In this document: in pieces, positions 7,965 through 17,740 of the stretch
How the letters are laid out: the number at the start of each line of letters is the position of its first letter
Position numbering within the stretch: the first letter of the stretch is position 1
Assembly: GCA_048882505.1 (NCBI GenBank)
Contig: JBHLRO010000020.1
Span: 30,001 to 62,000 of the forward strand
DNA from: Candidatus Thorarchaeota archaeon
GTDB taxonomy: Archaea > Asgardarchaeota > Heimdallarchaeia > Hodarchaeales > Hodarchaeaceae
DNA: 32,000 bases
Direction: 5' to 3'
Notes under the pieces: model-generated
What the model was told of the DNA's origin: nothing
What the model saw: the letters and a program-made list of their open reading frames with translations, nothing else
Database searches by the model: none
Translations under genes and position numbers: made by a program

Positions 7965-8552
7965 ATGAGACTTACCGTGTCTCAGCCCGCCTTTTCCCCT
8001 CAGATTTGGAAAAAATTGGGAAAATTTGAACGAACTAGTTTCGTTCTTACAATCATTTTCCTATTCAATGGAATACTATTTTTTGTAATAATGATTACCA
8101 CGGGATTTCCAATAATTCAACACGAGATCGGTACCACCGAAACGTTCGCCTACTCTGTAGGATTAGAAGAAGAACATTATTATCGATTTTTTCTAAAAAC
8201 AAATTCAAAAAGAGACATACGTGTATGGTGTACGTTATTAACCGAAGATAACATTGAAGTCATCTCGGAATACCTCAGTAACTATCCCTCACTGTCCTCC
8301 CCATTCACTAGTCGCCGCCACGATAAAAGTCTGTCATTTTTTGTTCCTCAATCAGGCAATTTTACCATGAGAATACACATTGCCAGCGAAACAGATAACC
8401 CTGCCTGGATTATTTTAGAAGAGGCCCCTGTTGTTCTCTTGGGTTTTCCAGATGATCATGTATCCATATTAAGTTTTATAGGGTCATTCGTTATGTTCCT
8501 CCTCTTCATTCTAGGGATTTTATCTAATAGAAAGAAGTTGAATCAGGTTTAG
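7965..8552 (+). CDS. Hypothetical membrane protein (two TM helices flanking a beta-rich domain)
   Basis: Hydrophobic segments FVLTIIFLFNGILFFVIMI and VSILSFIGSFVMFLLFILGIL, with a basic C-terminal tail. Confidence 0.7.
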   Translation: MRLTVSQPAFSPQIWKKLGKFERTSFVLTIIFLFNGILFFVIMITTGFPIIQHEIGTTETFAYSVGLEEEHYYRFFLKTNSKRDIRVWCTLLTEDNIEVISEYLSNYPSLSSPFTSRRHDKSLSFFVPQSGNFTMRIHIASETDNPAWIILEEAPVVLLGFPDDHVSILSFIGSFVMFLLFILGILSNRKKLNQV

Positions 8553-8685
8553 TGGTTATGCGGGGAAATGATATCTAAAGGTGAAGGGATTTTCATACCG
8601 TCTTTGGTTGAAAAGAAGAAACCAATCATGAAACAAAGTTTGGAGGAGGAAGATTTTACAAGTATTCTAACGTGAAAACGCCTAT

Positions 8686-9699
8686 TCACTCTATACTGAT
8701 CACTATGCGTCCTTTTGCATGCCCAGTTTCGTAGTGTCGATGGGCCTCTGCAGTTTGGCTAAGCGAATACACCGTATCAATGACTGGCATAACTTTGCCA
8801 GCCTCAATCCAGTCTCGCAGTAACTCCAAAGCCTCTGCACTCTCATCAGCCATACATGATTTTAATTTCTTTTTCCGAAATGGGTTGGTCATCAAATTTA
8901 AAAGCGTTCTTGGGCTAGTCATCGGATTATTAGTAACGTAGACTCCCTCATCCGTGAGAATATTCTTGCACTTCGAGAGGGTATTTGCCCCTATAGCATC
9001 GAAAATGATATCATATTGCTGGCCATTCTTGGAATAATCCTCTTGGGTATAATCTATCGCAAAATCGGCGCCAATCGACTTTACCATGTCGAGATTCGTG
9101 GGCCCACATACCGCGGTGACTTCAGCGCCATAGACATGCTTGGCGATTTGGACTCCAAAGGTGCCGATGCCGCCCGAAGCACCAATTATCAGAACTTTTT
9201 GGCCTTTCTCAGGTCGAGCTACGTCGCGAAATGCTGCAAGGGCAGGAGAAGCTCCACCAGGTACCGCCGAGGCCTCGTGAAAACTCAAATTTACAGGTTT
9301 TTGTGCCAACTTATCCGCAGGGACAGTCAAATATTCCGCACAAGCGGCCTCATAATATCCATAGACCGTGTCGCCCACTTGCCAATCTTCGACGTCTTTC
9401 CCGAGCTTTTCGATTTTACCCGCAAACCCACACCCTAAAATTCTCTGTTTGGGCCTTCTGAGACCTCCATAAGAAAATCGTAACAGTAAGCCTATCAGCT
9501 GCCTCGCCCCGCCGAAGATCGCTTGTGGTGCTTTTCCCCCACGAGTACTGACATCTATCGTGTTGATTGATGATCCATAATTTCGGATTAAAACCTCGTT
9601 ATTATTGGGTTGGGGTGTTTCTAATTCGGCGAGTTCCAGAATCTCGGGCGGGCCATATTTGGGACATATAGCTGCTTTCATTTTACCTGCATCTTCCAT
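8686..9699 (-). CDS. NAD(P)-dependent medium-chain dehydrogenase/reductase (Zn-independent, quinone-oxidoreductase-like)
   Basis: MKAA...YGPPEIL start, VLIIGASGGIGTFGVQIAK Rossmann motif, and GHAKGRIVI end. Zn-binding Cys clusters are absent. Start set at ATG 9699 with a GGTGA RBS; the track's extension to 10041 overlaps the next gene. Confidence 0.92.
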   Translation of the reverse strand: MEDAGKMKAAICPKYGPPEILELAELETPQPNNNEVLIRNYGSSINTIDVSTRGGKAPQAIFGGARQLIGLLLRFSYGGLRRPKQRILGCGFAGKIEKLGKDVEDWQVGDTVYGYYEAACAEYLTVPADKLAQKPVNLSFHEASAVPGGASPALAAFRDVARPEKGQKVLIIGASGGIGTFGVQIAKHVYGAEVTAVCGPTNLDMVKSIGADFAIDYTQEDYSKNGQQYDIIFDAIGANTLSKCKNILTDEGVYVTNNPMTSPRTLLNLMTNPFRKKKLKSCMADESAEALELLRDWIEAGKVMPVIDTVYSLSQTAEAHRHYETGHAKGRIVISIE

Positions 9700-9931
9700 T
9701 TGTCTCACTATTTCACCATAAACGTGGTCTGTTGGTATCAGAGCAGTATTAGCACCTCCGTTTTTAACGTACGCTAGGTAAAAAATTGGAATAAAAATCC
9801 AAAGAGATTCTTTTGTGGAAAGATTTGAGGTACTAGCATCCACTTGCCTTATGGAGGGCCGATAAAACCCGATTTGACAATCCAGCAAAAAACTTGGAGA
9901 AAAAAGAAAGACTGACGCATCTGTTGAATGG

Positions 9932-10441
9932 TCAGCCATCGTGGGCATCGAGTATTGTTCCTTCAGCTTCCCAGGATCCAGTGCCCAAATTGAGAACAAA
10001 CGTTGCTTTGAGATGCATCCCCTCATACATGCCGTTGCCATGACAGTTAAGTTGTCCCGAAATCGAGAGATAATTCCGGATTTTCAGAACCAAAATACCC
10101 TCAAACCAATCCGATGCTGTTCCAATTGTGAAGGTCCCCCAGCCATTGCCATTTACATAATGGCCCGCAGCGTCAATTTCTGCGTTCAAATTGCCTAGAT
10201 ATCTGGTGGATCCTTCTAGGTCACCCCATGCCATACCGTTGTGATCTGCCTTTCGAGCATGCAAAATACCTTCAGAAATCCATTTTTTTTCATCAGGATG
10301 TCCTCCAGGAATATATACCAAACTAAATGAGAACGATATGGGTGTTTGGCTCGCTTTGGCTTGAACATGGGCAACTGACATAAAAAGGGAACTCCAAAAG
10401 ACTAGCAGCCCAACTAATGCCGCCTTTTGCTGTAATTTCAT
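9932..10441 (-). CDS. Secreted beta-strand-rich protein (DUF3224/allene-oxide-cyclase-like barrel, tentative)
   Basis: Signal peptide MKLQQKAALVGLLVFWSSLFMSVAHVQA, GAGGTG RBS before ATG 10441, and alternating Gly-rich strands including a HGNGMYEG motif. Confidence 0.7.
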   Translation of the reverse strand: MKLQQKAALVGLLVFWSSLFMSVAHVQAKASQTPISFSFSLVYIPGGHPDEKKWISEGILHARKADHNGMAWGDLEGSTRYLGNLNAEIDAAGHYVNGNGWGTFTIGTASDWFEGILVLKIRNYLSISGQLNCHGNGMYEGMHLKATFVLNLGTGSWEAEGTILDAHDG

Positions 10442-10920
10442 AGGTCTAATCACCTCGTACTAACTCACGGTTTCACCCCTTATGACGAATTAGAGGGTGT
10501 GAACCCCTCTCCTGACTTTACCACGAATTCTAATAGAGTTTTTTCCCTCTTTTACATCTTTATACAGAAGAAAGTGATTTTTTCTATACTATCGTGGCCG
10601 TCCATGCTTTTTTGGCTCGAACGACATGTGAGAGAGACTCCCGATTTATACTTAGAGTGTAGCAGATCACGGAAAAAGGGACAGCCCTTGTGTCAGATCT
10701 CGCATTATGCGATTCTGGATGGTCTTGAGAAATTCTTATGGTTTATTATCAGGTACTCCCTTTATGGGGGCTGTTCTAATAAGGTTAGATATAAAAAGTT
10801 AAGTACCGGAATGGTTTCCTCGATGGGTTACGGAAAACTGCAGCCAGCGACTTTAACCGAATTTTATGTCGAATAGCTGAAAAGAAGGGACTTTTTCTGA
10901 TCAAAAAAATTCCAACTTCA

Positions 10921-13900
10921 GTGATCATCCTCTTAATTGGATCCTCCGTTTTTATCAATTTAATTCTGCTTAATAATCCGTTCGGTGAAAATAGTCTCGT
11001 ATCTACGGGTACTGAAGGTGAAATGACGACTCCCCTTCTAGCTCCCATACCCCCTGCCAATAATCCGAGTTCCGGATTGAATCCGTCCGACTCACCTATT
11101 ACATATGAAGAATCAGGAAGTCGATTCGATAATAAACCACTCCAACCTACAAAAAGCCCAACAACAACAGTATTGGAGGATGGAAGTATTATCCAATCGT
11201 TAAAGTCCATTTCCGAGGAATCGGGACTTTCTATTTCGACAGAAGATGGAGTTAAGTTGATTAAAGTCACGGATGGCAAGCTGCGGGTGACAGTTGGATT
11301 CCATCTGTTTTATGAATTCAGCCAAAGCAGTTATGACTCCCATTTAGCCAATACGAACGCAGAATTCATACGAGAATTAAAAGAGCTGAATGGGATCGTT
11401 GTAGAAGTTCCGATTTCGTCTTTAGCCATGTTTCAAGAGTATTGGCAAAACTTAGCTCCCGTTAGATATACCGAGGTCGCTCAAATAACCTCGATTTCTG
11501 CCATTAGCACAGATCCCGATTGGAGTCTCCAGTATGGGCCCCAGATTATCCAAGCGGATTTGGCCTGGGACATTCAGATAGGGGATCCCGCTTCGATTTT
11601 GGTTGCAGTCATTGACACTGGCATTGATTATAACCATCCCGACCTAGTAGATCAGTACGTCGCTGGGGGATATGACTATGTCAATGACGACACCGACCCT
11701 ATGGATGATCACTCACATGGGACCCATTGTGCCGGCATTATTACTGCAACCATCAATAATAGTGTGGGCATCGCAGGAGTCGCCAATGTTTCCATTATGG
11801 GGTATAAAGTTTTCAACTCTCTAGGGTATGGGTATGATTATGACGCGGCCAGTGCCATCATTAACGCGACAGATGCTGGGGCAACCGTGCTCTCAAACAG
11901 CTATGGGTTCCCCACCACCAGTACTGCCCTAGAGGATGCCGTAGCGTATGCGGCAGCCAATGATGTGGTTGTCGTCGTGTCAGCTGGAAATAGCGGCGCA
12001 CCAGTCTCATCCTATCCTGCATTATATCCTGAAACAATTGCAGTTAGTGCTACCGACGATACCGACACACCAGCCTCATTCACCAGTTACGGGCCTGCCG
12101 TTGATGTGGCCGCTCCAGGAGTCACGATTTGGTCTACCGTGCCCGTTTCAATGGGAAGTTATGGTTATAAAAGTGGAACATCCATGGCCGGTCCCCATGT
12201 GGCTGCAGTGAGTGCCTTGATCCGTGCCGAATTTCCTGGCTATTCTGCAGATCAGGTACGCCAGCATCTACGCAATACAGCTGACGATCTAGGGCCGGTC
12301 GGGTGGGATGATTATTATGGGTATGGCCGGATTAATGCCTATAAGGCAGTGCAGCCTCCTCCCGACCATGAACTTGTCACCTACCTGCTAGGAGCTCCAA
12401 TGAACCAACTCCCAGGTGAGTCTATCAACTTAACCGTGATTGTTTTTAACTTTGGACAGAATTTGGAGAGCAATGTTGAACTCCAGCTGTGGATAGATAA
12501 CGCTTCAGTCAAGACTCAAACTTTCACATCATTAACGTTTGGAGACAACGGAACTTTCAAACATACGTGGACGCCAATCGCTGAGGGAGTTCACAACATC
12601 ACAGCCTACACACTCCCCGTGTTAGGTGAGACCTTTCTGGCCAATAATCGCGTCACCAAAATGGTCGACGTAAGCTTTCCGATTATTACGTACAACCTAG
12701 GTGATTACATTCATCTAGATGAGGTCGGTGTGGGGCTTTACGCCAATTTCACGTATGAATATGATATTGACCCGACCCATGTTCGTGTCGGTCTGGGAGA
12801 CGGATACAGTTGGCTTTCTGTTAATACCTTGAACCGTTTAATTGAAGGGGGGACTAAATCCAGCTGGGACGGAACAAACTATATGGGCCAAATTGAAACG
12901 GATATCGGCCCAAATAGCACCATTGATTGGTTTTCAACGACTGGCAGTGTTAATGGAACCGCATTTTACGACTGGAATGGCATGATGTTGGAAGCCTGGA
13001 ATGTCACGATCGCCTGGGGAGATACTTACGCCTATTATCACAAAGAAACAGGCATCTGGCTTTACTATAAGGAATGGACGGGCCTGGAAGTCCATATGGT
13101 GAATACCAGCATGATTGTATGGCAGCCGCCAGAACATGATCTCCAAACATCGTTGGAAACACCGGGATTACTACCTCCGGGAAATACCACTATCATCAAT
13201 GCATCGGTATACAATGGCGGCGCGAGTAATGAAACAGATATTGAACTCCAGCTGTGGATTAATAACAACATGGTTGCTAATCAAATCTATCCCTCTCTTC
13301 TTTCGGGAACTGAGGAAACGTTTTCGTACCCCTGGACCCCTATGGCTGAAGGGTCATACAACATAACAACCTATGCGTTACCCGTGGTGAATGAATCCCG
13401 CGTATTTAATAATCGGCAAACTCGTATAATGCAAGTCCAAATCCCTGGTCAGTATCTGATTTTGCAGGATGCTTATCCGTGGAACTATAATTGGACAGTT
13501 ATCCTCGAATCAAATGGTATTGCTTTTAATGTACTTGAGTCCCAATTCTTTGGGTCAACCAATCTATCCTTCTATCAACGAGTCATTATCCCTTCAGACC
13601 AGCCGCAAAGCTATTATGATGCATTATCTCTACATTTGGGGTGGCTTGAGGCCTATTCGCAGGCTGGGGGCATTGTAGAGATACATGCGGCCGATCGGGG
13701 TTCTAATTCTGGTACATGGAGCGGTACCCTCCCCTTAGGCATTATTTATCATTATTCCATCCAGAATATCATAGATGTGGAAGATCCCAGTAACCCGATT
13801 TTCTTTTCTCCCAATATAATCACCGATGACGAACTGGATTACTGGGGCGTATCTGCACATGGCTATTTATCGAATACTGGCGGAGCCAATGTCATTCTCT

Positions 13901-16719
13901 CGGGCGCAGGATTACCCATTCTTATTGAAACCACGCATGGACAGGGCTATTACCTGATTAGTTGTCAAACATTAGAACGGGCGTACAACTGGGGATATAG
14001 TATGATCTTGGAGAACATTTTGCTCTATAATCCCACACCTGCGCATGAGCTTGGTACGGTGTTAACGACTCCCTCTCTACTTCCAAACGGGACGTCTATG
14101 CTAATAAATTTCTCAGTAATTAATCGAGGAATTAATGATGAATTCAATGTGGAGCTCCAATTGTGGATCAACAAGACCCAAGTGGTCAATCAAATTTATC
14201 CCACTTTAGCCAGCGGGGCATCTGAAACATTAAATTATCTCTGGACTCCCTCTAAGATCGGGATATATAATGTCACGGCCTATGCCGCTCCGGTTACAAA
14301 TGAAAATCTCGTTCTTAACAATTACGTGGAAGAGCTGGTGACGGTCAAGGTTCTAGTCAATTATCAGATGTTTGAAATTCACTATAAATGGTTCGATGCC
14401 TATACCAACGGCTATAATTTGAATCTCACTGGAGATGATGTATCCGAAGCTGTAAATATCCCGTTTACGTTTTTTTATTACGACGCTAACTTTACTACCA
14501 TCTATATCAGTTCAAATGGCTGGCTATCTTTTGTTGATTCTACCCCTTGGGATAATATAAATCCGTCATTCCCCAATAGCGCCTACCCCTACGTAATTGC
14601 TCCCTTTTGGGAGGATTTAGAGGCCAAAAACAACACGTACGTCTGGAATACATCAACCTTTCTTGTTATTGAATATCACAATTATACCTATTTGGGAGGA
14701 ACGGAAGTAGGGACCTTCGAAGTAGTTCTTTTTGCGAATGGAACGATTTACTTCCAGTTTCAATCCATTAATTTGGATTCTGGGGCAACGGTTGGCCTTA
14801 ATTATGGCTATGAACCGACCTATTACACAACCTATCCTACCGCGCTTACTGGGGTTTTTGAGCTGGCCTTACTCTTTACGGGCGGCACTTATGAACGTCA
14901 TGATTTAAATGCAACAGTGGAAGCGCCCAGTGCAATCATATATAATGAAACAATGGTTATCCAAATCAACGTCACTGTAATCAATGTAGGATCTTATAAC
15001 GAGACGGATGTGGAGCTTCAACTGTGGATCGAAGATAACATGGTTCTAAATCAAGTTTTTCCGAGTCTTCTAGTTCAGACAGAACAATCCATAACGTACA
15101 CCTGGACCCCAAGTGTACGGGGCACCTACAACATCACTGTGTATGTCATCCCCGTCACGAATGAATCCTTTACTAAGAACAATCAGCTCACCCAACTAGT
15201 TATCATTGGTGACCCAAGTATCGATTTCGCATTAGGTGATTATATCTTGTGGAATTTTGACCTTGGAGGTGGAATCTATCCCTGGGCAAACTTTACGTAC
15301 GATCATATGATTGATCCAGTCCATGTTTATGTGAATGCTTCCATATTACTAGCAAATGCTACTGAATGGTTTTCGGTGAATATCGTCACCCGCTTGATTG
15401 AAGATGGATCGATCTGGGTCGGGAGTTACTATATGGGTCAGATTGAAACGGATATTAACATTAGTGATCCGATTAACTGGCTAGATTCGACTGGGATTGT
15501 AGAGGGCACCGTCTGGTATGAATGGAATGGCGCCCAGGTCGAAGCCTGGCGGATTAACCTTGATGATCTTTTGCCAGGTACCTACTGTTATTATCATAAA
15601 GCAACGGGTGTCTGGTTATATATGTGGGATCCCCAGCTACCCTCTGAAATATTCATTGTAGATACATCCTTGATCGTTCCTCTTCCCCCCACGGTGTTGG
15701 TGACGTACCCCAATGGTGGCGAACTAGTGAAGGGTACCATAACAATTACCTGGATTGCTAACGATCCCGATAATGGAAGCTTAACCTTCAGTGTCTATTA
15801 CTGGAATGGAACTGCGTGGATTGCATTGGCTAGCAGTATAACCACGACATTCTTCAACTGGAATACCAGCTCTCTTATAGACGGCGACTTCTACAAAATT
15901 CGAGTGATCGTGCACGATGGCAAGTTCCAGAGTGAGGATGACTCGAATACTCCATTCATGATTGACAATGCCGCTGACCCTCCGACCATCCAGCTTACTT
16001 ATCCCAATGGTGGGGAAACCCTGAGTGGAACCGTCACAATCACCTGGAGTGCCAGTGATCCGAATGGGGATGAATTGGTCTATATCCTCTACTATTGGAA
16101 TGGGAATCGCTGGGTTCTAATAAAAACGGGGATAACGACCAGTAGCTACGACTGGGATACGACCTCAAGGCCCAATGGAACCTTCTATCGGATAAAAGTG
16201 ATGACATCGGATAGTCTGTTCACAGTGGAAGACGAGTCAGATGCGCCATTCAGACTAGAAAACCCCCATGCCCCTCTTATTGCCGTAACATCACCAAACG
16301 GCGGCGAAACCGTGAGTGGGACCGTTACAATCACGTGGACTGCCAGTGACCAAGATGCGAACCCCCTGACATTTGAGCTGTATTATTGGGATGGAGCCAC
16401 CTGGAAGGAAATAACATCTGGGATATCCACAACCACCTACGTCTGGGACACTACTAATGTGCTGGATGGTGATTTCTATCAAATCAAGGTCATTGTGAGC
16501 GATGGGGCCTTGGAAAACGAAGACATCTCAGATGGAAGTTTCACCATAGATAATGATGGACAAGTAATCACGAATCCTTCGACTCCGACAACTCCTTCAA
16601 CTTCGGCATCTCCTTCATCAACTACTACAACCACCTCGACATCAGGGTTTGAGCCGTTTCTTATACTAATCGCTCTTCTGTCTCTTGAAATGATTTCAAT
16701 TGCCAGGAGAAAAGAGTGA
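10921..16719 (+). CDS. Large modular cell-surface S8 (subtilisin-like) serine peptidase
   Basis: Signal/anchor and I9-like prodomain. Triad D232 (VAVIDTGID), H266 (HGTHCAG), S421 (GTSMAGPHVA) and oxyanion N357 (AGNSG). Then 4 CARDB-like Ig domains, 2 copies of an unknown domain, a GATase-like domain, a nidogen-like domain, 3 PNGGE Ig-like repeats, an S/T linker and a C-terminal TM helix with basic tail. Confidence 0.95.
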   Translation: MIILLIGSSVFINLILLNNPFGENSLVSTGTEGEMTTPLLAPIPPANNPSSGLNPSDSPITYEESGSRFDNKPLQPTKSPTTTVLEDGSIIQSLKSISEESGLSISTEDGVKLIKVTDGKLRVTVGFHLFYEFSQSSYDSHLANTNAEFIRELKELNGIVVEVPISSLAMFQEYWQNLAPVRYTEVAQITSISAISTDPDWSLQYGPQIIQADLAWDIQIGDPASILVAVIDTGIDYNHPDLVDQYVAGGYDYVNDDTDPMDDHSHGTHCAGIITATINNSVGIAGVANVSIMGYKVFNSLGYGYDYDAASAIINATDAGATVLSNSYGFPTTSTALEDAVAYAAANDVVVVVSAGNSGAPVSSYPALYPETIAVSATDDTDTPASFTSYGPAVDVAAPGVTIWSTVPVSMGSYGYKSGTSMAGPHVAAVSALIRAEFPGYSADQVRQHLRNTADDLGPVGWDDYYGYGRINAYKAVQPPPDHELVTYLLGAPMNQLPGESINLTVIVFNFGQNLESNVELQLWIDNASVKTQTFTSLTFGDNGTFKHTWTPIAEGVHNITAYTLPVLGETFLANNRVTKMVDVSFPIITYNLGDYIHLDEVGVGLYANFTYEYDIDPTHVRVGLGDGYSWLSVNTLNRLIEGGTKSSWDGTNYMGQIETDIGPNSTIDWFSTTGSVNGTAFYDWNGMMLEAWNVTIAWGDTYAYYHKETGIWLYYKEWTGLEVHMVNTSMIVWQPPEHDLQTSLETPGLLPPGNTTIINASVYNGGASNETDIELQLWINNNMVANQIYPSLLSGTEETFSYPWTPMAEGSYNITTYALPVVNESRVFNNRQTRIMQVQIPGQYLILQDAYPWNYNWTVILESNGIAFNVLESQFFGSTNLSFYQRVIIPSDQPQSYYDALSLHLGWLEAYSQAGGIVEIHAADRGSNSGTWSGTLPLGIIYHYSIQNIIDVEDPSNPIFFSPNIITDDELDYWGVSAHGYLSNTGGANVILSGAGLPILIETTHGQGYYLISCQTLERAYNWGYSMILENILLYNPTPAHELGTVLTTPSLLPNGTSMLINFSVINRGINDEFNVELQLWINKTQVVNQIYPTLASGASETLNYLWTPSKIGIYNVTAYAAPVTNENLVLNNYVEELVTVKVLVNYQMFEIHYKWFDAYTNGYNLNLTGDDVSEAVNIPFTFFYYDANFTTIYISSNGWLSFVDSTPWDNINPSFPNSAYPYVIAPFWEDLEAKNNTYVWNTSTFLVIEYHNYTYLGGTEVGTFEVVLFANGTIYFQFQSINLDSGATVGLNYGYEPTYYTTYPTALTGVFELALLFTGGTYERHDLNATVEAPSAIIYNETMVIQINVTVINVGSYNETDVELQLWIEDNMVLNQVFPSLLVQTEQSITYTWTPSVRGTYNITVYVIPVTNESFTKNNQLTQLVIIGDPSIDFALGDYILWNFDLGGGIYPWANFTYDHMIDPVHVYVNASILLANATEWFSVNIVTRLIEDGSIWVGSYYMGQIETDINISDPINWLDSTGIVEGTVWYEWNGAQVEAWRINLDDLLPGTYCYYHKATGVWLYMWDPQLPSEIFIVDTSLIVPLPPTVLVTYPNGGELVKGTITITWIANDPDNGSLTFSVYYWNGTAWIALASSITTTFFNWNTSSLIDGDFYKIRVIVHDGKFQSEDDSNTPFMIDNAADPPTIQLTYPNGGETLSGTVTITWSASDPNGDELVYILYYWNGNRWVLIKTGITTSSYDWDTTSRPNGTFYRIKVMTSDSLFTVEDESDAPFRLENPHAPLIAVTSPNGGETVSGTVTITWTASDQDANPLTFELYYWDGATWKEITSGISTTTYVWDTTNVLDGDFYQIKVIVSDGALENEDISDGSFTIDNDGQVITNPSTPTTPSTSASPSSTTTTTSTSGFEPFLILIALLSLEMISIARRKE
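15685..16560 (+). repeat. Three tandem ~95-aa Ig-like repeats in the S8 protease
   Basis: Each reads V/L-x2-PNGGE-x3-G-x3-ITW-x3-D...YWxGxxW...WxT...GxxYxI(R/K)V. Confidence 0.85.
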
Positions 16720-17103
16720 ATATCTCTTCTGCCGCTAAACACGAATTCAGGAGATAAAATCGGGGGACATGCATGGTAGAGGAGGATAATATCTAAAGGA
16801 ATAGGGAAAATGTCAGACGTTAGTACTCGATATTCCATCTAATCATGCCACCTGGGCCGTTAGCAATTTCACATTAGGGACAGCTCGAAGCTGTTTTTCA
16901 TGGTGTGTTTGTCATACATGCGAGGGGACGTTTATGCCATCTGAAGGCCGAATGTGGATGGCTTTTGATCCTGGCATTAGAGTATACTTGATAGTACCTA
17001 AGTCCTAGCGGTCTAATCGTAGATCAGAGGGCAAAATAAAAAGGGACTATTTACGGAATGATCAGATGATTTGTTTTCTTGAAAAAGGAAGAGTTGGTAG
17101 TTT

Positions 17104-17490
17104 ATGGGTGATTTAAACAAAGACGATGATTATATTCACAGATTAGGCAAACTGGTGCCTGTTTATGTGGTTGCATTCGTTGCTAGCATTGAGGGATTCT
17201 TAACAGTCCTGACTGATGTATTATTTCAAATCGCAGGACTAGGTCTGGTAAGCCTCATCGCAGTTGCTGCAGTATACATTATGGAGTTCAGAAACCAAAA
17301 CTTGACCATACAAAATCAAAAAATCGTATTAGTTATCTCTACACTCATCTATCTAGGTTTACTTTGGCAAAAAACCTTACTTCCCCTTGACATTCAATTT
17401 AATGCGTTGGTTGCCATAGCTATAATGGGTTACACTCTTTTGGTTCCTATGGCAATGAGGGAAGGCACTGTAAAAGAAAACACTGGATAA
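17104..17490 (+). CDS. Hypothetical 4-TM membrane protein
   Basis: Four hydrophobic segments. The N-terminal YIHRLGKLVP motif resembles a Y-x2-RL-x-KL-x-P start that I recall from uncharacterised small membrane proteins. Confidence 0.75.
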   Translation: MGDLNKDDDYIHRLGKLVPVYVVAFVASIEGFLTVLTDVLFQIAGLGLVSLIAVAAVYIMEFRNQNLTIQNQKIVLVISTLIYLGLLWQKTLLPLDIQFNALVAIAIMGYTLLVPMAMREGTVKENTG

Positions 17491-17740
17491 AATCGGGCCG
17501 CTTAGGTATACTGCGGGGGTACACAATCCGCTCCCCCAGATTTTTTGAGTTACGTGCCTCTAATCTAACCATAACTAACGAATTTGCTCACGAAATTATC
17601 TTCGTGGATTATGGCAATAACTATGAACCTGTGTTTCGTGAGAAGAATAACGAAAAAGTATATTAGGGGAGGAAGTATGTAAACCTGGAAATTTTCCGCA
17701 GTTATATTCATTAGGAAAAGGGTACCGAGGTTTCCAAATC

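Noticed and set aside
9700-10041. N-terminal extension of the tracked 451-aa MDR ORF
   Set aside because: Overlaps the secreted gene ending at 9932 and has no family-like sequence. The family start (MEDAGKMKAA) has its own GGTGA RBS.
10785-11279. 164-aa minus-strand ORF, and similar shadows at 9016..9438, 16479..16838 and 27793..28107
   Set aside because: They lie antisense to well-supported genes and have no domain signal.
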